Positions 58,834 through 64,000 of a stretch of DNA of 64,000 nucleotides are shown here, one piece after another. Position 1 is the first letter of the stretch. Each line of letters opens with the position of its first letter. The translations under genes were made by a program, and so were the position numbers. The notes beneath the pieces are model-generated. The model saw only the letters and a list, made by a program, of their open reading frames with translations. It did not search any database and was not told where the DNA came from. The DNA is from an uncultured Holophagales bacterium (GTDB taxonomy: Bacteria; Acidobacteriota; Thermoanaerobaculia; Multivoradales; UBA5704): contig CAWJGT010000009.1 of the NCBI GenBank assembly GCA_963842525.1, positions 1,120,001-1,184,000 on the forward strand, read 5' to 3'.

Positions 58834-59142
58834 GGGTGCGGGTTCCTCGTCGGCGTACTTCGCGAACGATCCGATGGCGAAGGCCTTCCCATCCGCGGCC
58901 TCCTGGAGGCCCCTGCGGACGGCCGCCAGGGCCTTCGGGTTCCGGTAGAGCCAAGCCTCAGAAGCCGGGATAGAGACCTGGGGATCGAGGACGATCTGCC
59001 CGCTCGAATTTTTGTAGACGTCAAATCGAACGTCGTCGGCCAACCCTGCCAGCGCCTTGCCAAGAGTCAATCTCCGCTTGGAGTCGGGGCGGACATCCTG
59101 TGCGATGAGCTCAAGCTCCAAGTGCTCCTTGGATCGTGGCAT
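58798..59142 (-). CDS. AbrB/MazE-like antitoxin, copy 2
   Basis: Near-identical to copy 1. Confidence 0.7.
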   Translation of the reverse strand: MPRSKEHLELELIAQDVRPDSKRRLTLGKALAGLADDVRFDVYKNSSGQIVLDPQVSIPASEAWLYRNPKALAAVRRGLQEAADGKAFAIGSFAKYADEEPAPSASARRLQVRT

Positions 59143-59377
59143 GAGGGAAGTATACGCCCGTGGGTCGGCTGTCCAAGTGGGAATCTCCCACTCTCTCCCC
59201 CGGCACCCCCGCTGCCGGAGTTGGGTCCCGCTCGGGAATTGGAGAACCTGCTTACAGTCGAGAGCCGCTGCGAGCCTGAAAGCTATGGTACTGAGTCCTA
59301 GGTGGCTGTGAGCACGGCAGACGTGGCGGATATCGAGCCTCTAGGCGGTCGAGATGGCCACCGCGAATGGGAGTGAC

Positions 59378-59685
59378 GGTCCCGCGGCGTGCACTGGCGG
59401 TCCCGCGGGACCACTTCACCTCGCCGCGGGGAACGTGCACGGTCCCGCGGTGTGCTCCGGCGGTCCTGCGGGGCCACTTGACCTCACGGCGGTGAATGTG
59501 CACGGTCCCGCGGCGTGCACTGGCGGTCCCGCGGGACCACTTGACCTCACGGCGGTGAATGTGCACGGTCCCGCGGTGTGCTCCGGCGGTCCTGCGGGGC
59601 CACTTGACCTCACAGCGGTGAATGTGCACGGTCCCGCGGCGCGCACTGGCGGTCCCGCGGGACCACTTCACCTCACGGCGGGGAA
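59378..59685. repeat. 63-bp tandem repeat x~5 built of three 21-bp subunits, core GGTCCCGCGGGACC
   Basis: cggtcccgcggcgtgcactgg|cggtcccgcgggaccacttca|cctcacggcggtgaatgtgca. Confidence 0.92.
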
Positions 59686-59716
59686 CGAACCCGGCCGATC
59701 GAGCGCCGCGCTCTTA

Positions 59717-59972
59717 GAGGGTGTCTCGAAAGTCTCTGCCGAAGAGTTTCTCCCTGGGACCGCGGGCGTCTCGCCCGCCCTCTCCTCACGCTCGGGCCGG
59801 CGTCGGGTTGGCGGCAACGCCGCGGTCGATGAAAGTCTGTGCGGGCGAGACGCCCGCGGTCCCAGGGGGCCCCCACCACGCCCAACAGGAAAACCCTCTG
59901 GCCTGACACGCTACGCCTACGTCTCCTTTCCCCGTTCGGGGAGGGTTCGCGCAGGACTTTTGAAACACCCTC
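59717..59972. mobile_element. 256-bp MITE-like element with 18-bp TIRs and TTA flanks
   Basis: GAGGGTGTCTCGAAAGTC / GACTTTTGAAACACCCTC (16/18), TTA on both sides, internal inverted pair 59754-59778 / 59841-59865. Confidence 0.75.
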
Positions 59973-59985
59973 TTAGAGGAGCTCG

Positions 59986-60155
59986 TCAGGCGCGGAGCGG
60001 TGGGGGATCTTCAATTTCGGGGAAATCCTCGTCGAGAGGCTCCCACGAGGCTGCAAGCTCCAACAGAGACGGTCTCCGCACCGGCTCTACAACCAGGCGG
60101 TCCCCTTCTTTGCGGAGAAGAGCTTCATTGCCAGGCAATTCGAGGTCTCGCGGAA
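59986..60155 (-). pseudogene. 5'-truncated AbrB/VapB antitoxin
   Basis: FPRDLELPGNEALLRKEGDRLVVEPVRRPSLLELAASWEPLDEDFPEIED. Confidence 0.7.
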
Positions 60156-60190
60156 ACGCGGGACAAACGAAGTGCTATTATCTCCTTATC

Positions 60191-60970
60191 GTGTCGGAGG
60201 TCGAGGAGCGCCAGGAGCTTGACGAGGAGGGGCGGGTCCGCGAGCGGTACCCGTTCCGGGATGGCCGGCTGGACGGCGAGGCGGTCTCGTCTGATGAGGA
60301 GGGCCGCGTGGTGCGCACGGCCCAGTTCAAGGCCGGCGTGCTGGACGGCGAGGTCGTCAACTATGACGAGCAGGGCCGGGTACAGCAGCGCGCGCAGTTC
60401 CGCAGCGGTCTGCTGCACGGCGAGACGGTCCTCTACGACGAGAACGGCTGGGTCGCGCAGCGGATCGGTTACAGCCGGGGCAAGCAGGACGGCGAGAGCG
60501 TCCTCTTCAATGCCGGCCGGGTGGTGCTGCGGTTCCACTACCGCAACGGCGTCCGCGAGGGGGAGATGCTCTCCTATGACGAGAAGGGGCAGGTGACCTC
60601 GCGCATGATGTACCGCGGCGGCAAGCCGAACGGCGAGGCGGTCTGGTATGACCCGCGGGGGCGGGTGATCCGCAAGGCGGCCTATCGCGACGGCAAGCTT
60701 CATGGCGAGGTGATCGACTTCCACGACACGGGGGAGCCGCGGGAGAAGGCCGTCTACCAGGACGACCTCCTCGAGGGCACGATGATCCGCTATCATCGGA
60801 ACGGCAAGATTCAAGAGAAGCTCACGTTCCGGGAGGGCAAGCTGATCGGCGAGCCCATCGAGTACGACGAGAAGGGGATGCCCAAGGCCAAGGGGGGAGC
60901 GCAGCCTCCATCGCCGAAGGGCTCCTGGTTGGGAAAAATCGCCGCCGCGCGCACCGCCGGCGGCTCTTGA
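60191..60970 (+). CDS. MORN-variant repeat protein (YwqK-like)
   Basis: About 9 repeats of (Y/F)..G.L.GE...YD..G. Confidence 0.85.
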   Translation: MSEVEERQELDEEGRVRERYPFRDGRLDGEAVSSDEEGRVVRTAQFKAGVLDGEVVNYDEQGRVQQRAQFRSGLLHGETVLYDENGWVAQRIGYSRGKQDGESVLFNAGRVVLRFHYRNGVREGEMLSYDEKGQVTSRMMYRGGKPNGEAVWYDPRGRVIRKAAYRDGKLHGEVIDFHDTGEPREKAVYQDDLLEGTMIRYHRNGKIQEKLTFREGKLIGEPIEYDEKGMPKAKGGAQPPSPKGSWLGKIAAARTAGGS

Positions 60971-60991
60971 CGCCGTGATACGAGGCCCGAG

Positions 60992-61585
60992 ATGTTCAAC
61001 TTCGTATTCGATAAGCGATCCTTCACCCTGCTGCTCGCCGGCCTGACCATGGCTGGCGGCCTCCTGTTCTTCGCCGGGCTCCTGGTCGGGGTGAATTGGG
61101 GCCTGCCGTCCGGCAGCCAGGCGGTCTACACGCCGCCGCCGGTCCCGGTGAAGAACGAACCCTGTCCCGAGCCGCAGCCGGCCGCGCCGGCCCCGCTCCG
61201 GGTCGAGCCGGCACCCGAGCCGCCGCCGCAGGTCGCCGAGGAACCGCCGCCGCCCGTCCTGGAGGAGCCGCGGATCCAGACCGCTGCTCTCCGCGTGCCG
61301 GCGCCGCTGGAGCCAGTGGAGCCGGTGGAGGAGGCAGGCCGCTATACGATCCAGGTCGGCGCCTTCCGCAGCAAGGAGAACTCGGAGGCGGCGGTGCGGG
61401 ACCTCGAGAGCCGCGGCTACGATCCGTTCGTCGTGCCGATGACCACCCGCAAGCGGAACGTGCTGCACACCGTCCGCATCGGCCGGTACCCCACGCGGCA
61501 GGAGGCCCTCCAGGCGGCCGCCGACCTGCGCGACCGGGAGAAGCTCGACACGATCATCCAGCGCAGCCGGACCGACTCGCTGTAG
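60992..61585 (+). CDS. SPOR-domain membrane-anchored protein
   Basis: TM, Pro-rich linker, YTIQVGAF..H.VRIG.Y. Confidence 0.88.
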   Translation: MFNFVFDKRSFTLLLAGLTMAGGLLFFAGLLVGVNWGLPSGSQAVYTPPPVPVKNEPCPEPQPAAPAPLRVEPAPEPPPQVAEEPPPPVLEEPRIQTAALRVPAPLEPVEPVEEAGRYTIQVGAFRSKENSEAAVRDLESRGYDPFVVPMTTRKRNVLHTVRIGRYPTRQEALQAAADLRDREKLDTIIQRSRTDSL

Positions 61586-61590
61586 GAGAT

Positions 61591-61645
61591 CCTCACCCCC
61601 TGTCCCCCTCTCCCATCGCACTCCCCCCGACCGGGAGAGGGGGGA
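61591..61645 (+). repeat. palindromic repeat between convergent genes (possible terminator)
   Basis: cctcaccccc tgtccccctctccc..gggagagggggga. Confidence 0.7.
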
Positions 61646-61675
61646 CGGCTTTCAGGCGCTTCGGTCGTGAGGCTC

Positions 61676-62960
61676 CTACTTCGTGATCGAGATCCCCAGT
61701 ATGTAGGAGTTGCCGGACCAGGCCCCGTTGATCGCGGGGTCTTCCCGGTTTGTGCGGGTGATGCGGTTCTCCGGCGCGGTGAGCTGGAAGGCGATGTCGA
61801 GCCAGTCGCGGCCGATCCCCAGGGTGAAGAGGCTGCGGTCGGAGTCGGGGAGGAAGGGGCCGAGGGTGGTGTCCGGCTGCGGTGTCTCCTCGAAGGCGTA
61901 GCCGAGCCGGATCTGAATGCCCTTGCCCAGGCCGAAGCGCAGGCCCAGACGATAGGCCAGGGCGTCCTCCTCGTAGGGCGCTTCCAGCGTCTTGCTGAAG
62001 GTCGTGTTCACGGGGAAGGCGAGCGCGATCCCCTCGAAGTGGCTCCAGCCAGCCTGTTCGACGTCCAGCTCGATCGCCGACTGCTCGCTCGGGAACCAGG
62101 CGATCCCCAGGCTGGCGGTGCCGGGGAATTCGATGATCGTCGAGGTCGGCAGGTCCTCGTCCAGGGGGAGGGAGGCGCGGGTGAGGGCGTCGAGCTGGGC
62201 GTTGCCGGTGAGCACCTGGGTCAGGCGGCCGGCGCCGGTGTAGTCGATCTTGATCGGGCTGCGGTAGGCGAGCCCCCAGGCGAATTTCTTCCCGGCCTTG
62301 TGGAGCAGGCCGGCGTTCCAGCCGAAGCCGGTGCTGTAGTCGGTCTCCGTGGCCAGGCTGGCGATGTCGACCGTCTCGCCGTTGCTCGGGTTGGTCCCGG
62401 CGATGCGCCGGCCGTGGCTGAGCTTGGAGCTCCGGTAGATCGCCCCCGCGCCGACGCCGAAGGTGGGGGCGAGCTGGTAGGAGAGCGCAGTGTGGGCGTC
62501 GAACGTCTCGAGCTTCCGACTTGGTGCTGACGTAGCGGCCGGCGAAGCTGTCGGGCTCGGCCCACTCGGTCTTGAAGGCGAACGGGGAGGAGACGCCCAG
62601 GCCCAGCTTCAGCTTGGGGCCGAGCGGCTTGACGGCGTAGACGTGGACCGGGAGGGTGAGGAGCTGCTCCTGCGCGCTCGCGGTGCCGGTCCCTGCGCCC
62701 GGGGGCAGGCCCTGGTATTGCGACTCGTTGAGCATCGCGGCGCCGAAGCCGGCGGTGAGCTTCCCCTTCTTGAAGAGGACGAGCCCGCCCGGGTTGTAGG
62801 AGACGGCCGAAGGGTCGTTCGCCTGGGCCGTGAAGGCGCCGGCCATCCCCATGGCCTTGATGCTCTGCGGCGCGCCGGTCATCCCGGCCGGGTGGGCGGG
62901 CAAGGTACAGAGGGCCGTTGAGCAGAGTGCGAGAGTCAGGGTCCGTCCGAGTTTGTGCAT
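61676..62960 (-). CDS. OmpP1/FadL-family outer membrane transporter; frameshift near 62500
   Basis: AMGMAGAFTAQANDPSAVSYNPGGL, RLGY, PDSDR. Confidence 0.88.
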
Positions 62961-63158
62961 GCGACGAGGAACTTAGGCCAAGGGCGGGAGAGTGTCAACG
63001 GCCGGCTCCCTCGCGACCGTGCAGGCCGGAGCTCTGCCGGCAGCCGGGGGTCGGCGTCCTGCAACATTCCATGTCGTCGCTACGTAAGCTCCCGAGAGAC
63101 GGCCGTCACCGAGCGGGCCACCTGCGAGTCTGGCCCCGAATCTGGAGGTTCGCGATTC

Positions 63159-64000
63159 ATGCCTCAGCCACAGCCCCACCTGAAGCCCAACCTTCTGTGT
63201 GTCGTGCCGCCGTACCTCTCCAAGGGAGCCCCTCCCCTGGGTCCTGCGGCGCTGCTGGGCTATCTCAGGTCGCAGGGCTGTCAGGACTTCGACTTCCTGG
63301 ACCTTCGGCTCTGGGTCCCCAGCGCCTATGTCCCGACCTACAGCACGGTCGGGGTCTTCGGGGAGACCTACGTCATCGACGTTCCGGACCTGCCCCTGGT
63401 CCTGCATGTCCTGGAGAATTTCGCCGCCTCGCGGGACCTCACTCCGCCGATGGACGAGCTGTTCGAGCGGTACTGCCTGGAGCGCGGGATCAACCCTCAC
63501 ACCCTCTATGGCTATCTGCTGGCGATAAACCGCTTTCTCGAGTCGTTTTTCTCCCAGGTGGGGCCGATCGACTTCATCGGGTTCACGGTCTGGAACTCCA
63601 ACTACCTGACGACGCTCATGGCCGCGGCCCATCTGAAGCGGCGCCCCAATCCGCCCATGATCGTGCTGGGAGGGCCGCAGGTCACCGAGAGCAAGCCGTC
63701 CGCCAAGCTCGCGTTGCGAGCCGGCCTCGCCGACTTCATCGGCCAAGGCGAGGGCGAGGAGACCCTCCTGCGGCTGTATGAGGCTTTCCGCGAGGAGCGG
63801 GGCATCCCCTCCCGGTCCCTGCCGGGCACGATGCGCTACGACGCCGCGACCGGGCAGTTCGAGACGGCGGAGCGCCCCCTGCTCAGGCTGGCCAACCTTC
63901 CGCTGCCGGCTTTCGACCAGATGAATCTCCCTGCCTACTGGTCCAAGGAGCACAAGCTGCGGACGTTGACCTACGAGCTGTCTCGCGGCTGCACGGACAA
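63159..64000 (+). CDS. B12-binding radical SAM protein, partial
   Basis: Manual translation: PPLGPAAL, IGFTV, IVLGGPQV, GEGEETL, ELSRGCTD at the window edge. Confidence 0.85.
   Translation, partial: MPQPQPHLKPNLLCVVPPYLSKGAPPLGPAALLGYLRSQGCQDFDFLDLRLWVPSAYVPTYSTVGVFGETYVIDVPDLPLVLHVLENFAASRDLTPPMDELFERYCLERGINPHTLYGYLLAINRFLESFFSQVGPIDFIGFTVWNSNYLTTLMAAAHLKRRPNPPMIVLGGPQVTESKPSAKLALRAGLADFIGQGEGEETLLRLYEAFREERGIPSRSLPGTMRYDAATGQFETAERPLLRLANLPLPAFDQMNLPAYWSKEHKLRTLTYELSRGCTD

Larger units (their letters stand above)
58145..59222. repeat. ~1.07-kb direct repeat, copy 2
   Basis: Aligns to 55953-57033. Confidence 0.95.

Noticed and set aside
59354-60190. N-terminal half of the 538-aa ORF as real coding sequence
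   Set aside because: It spans a tandem repeat, a MITE and an antisense antitoxin relic; the MORN gene more plausibly starts at GTG 60191

Overview
GC-rich bacterial window with many accessory genes. The gene repertoire suggests Acidobacteriota/Thermoanaerobaculia, which is an inference only. Many otherwise intact genes carry 1-bp frameshifts (efflux operon, tssH, fadL-like, adhesin, WD40 NTPase), most likely long-read errors. Contents: three NLR/STAND-type conflict genes (REase-NB-ARC, CHAT-STAND-TPR, and a SIR2-TIR gene coupled to nSTAND1-TM-14xWD40); many intact or eroded toxin-antitoxin modules; secreted enzymes; a MacAB-like ABC operon; two B12 radical SAM genes; and part of a T6SS locus (PAAR, methyltransferase, tssH, vgrG). 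An ~8 kb patchwork island after vgrG holds Uma2, a group II intron 3' relic, an attC site, a PD-(D/E)XK gene between 1.07 kb direct repeats, and a MITE. Best candidates for undescribed biology: (1) a secreted precursor with repeated GDEGWGMDPNG cores upstream of a sigma-region-2-only protein coupled to a ZAS-TPR protein, with an unannotated 47-aa lanthipeptide-like precursor next to it; (2) a DUF3800 gene faced by a small antisense hairpin RNA with its own predicted promoter; (3) three sequence-unrelated arrays of palindromic cores at ~21-bp period; (4) a repeated pattern of cargo genes bracketed by diverged copies of the upstream gene's 3' end. All family assignments come from motif reading, not database searches.
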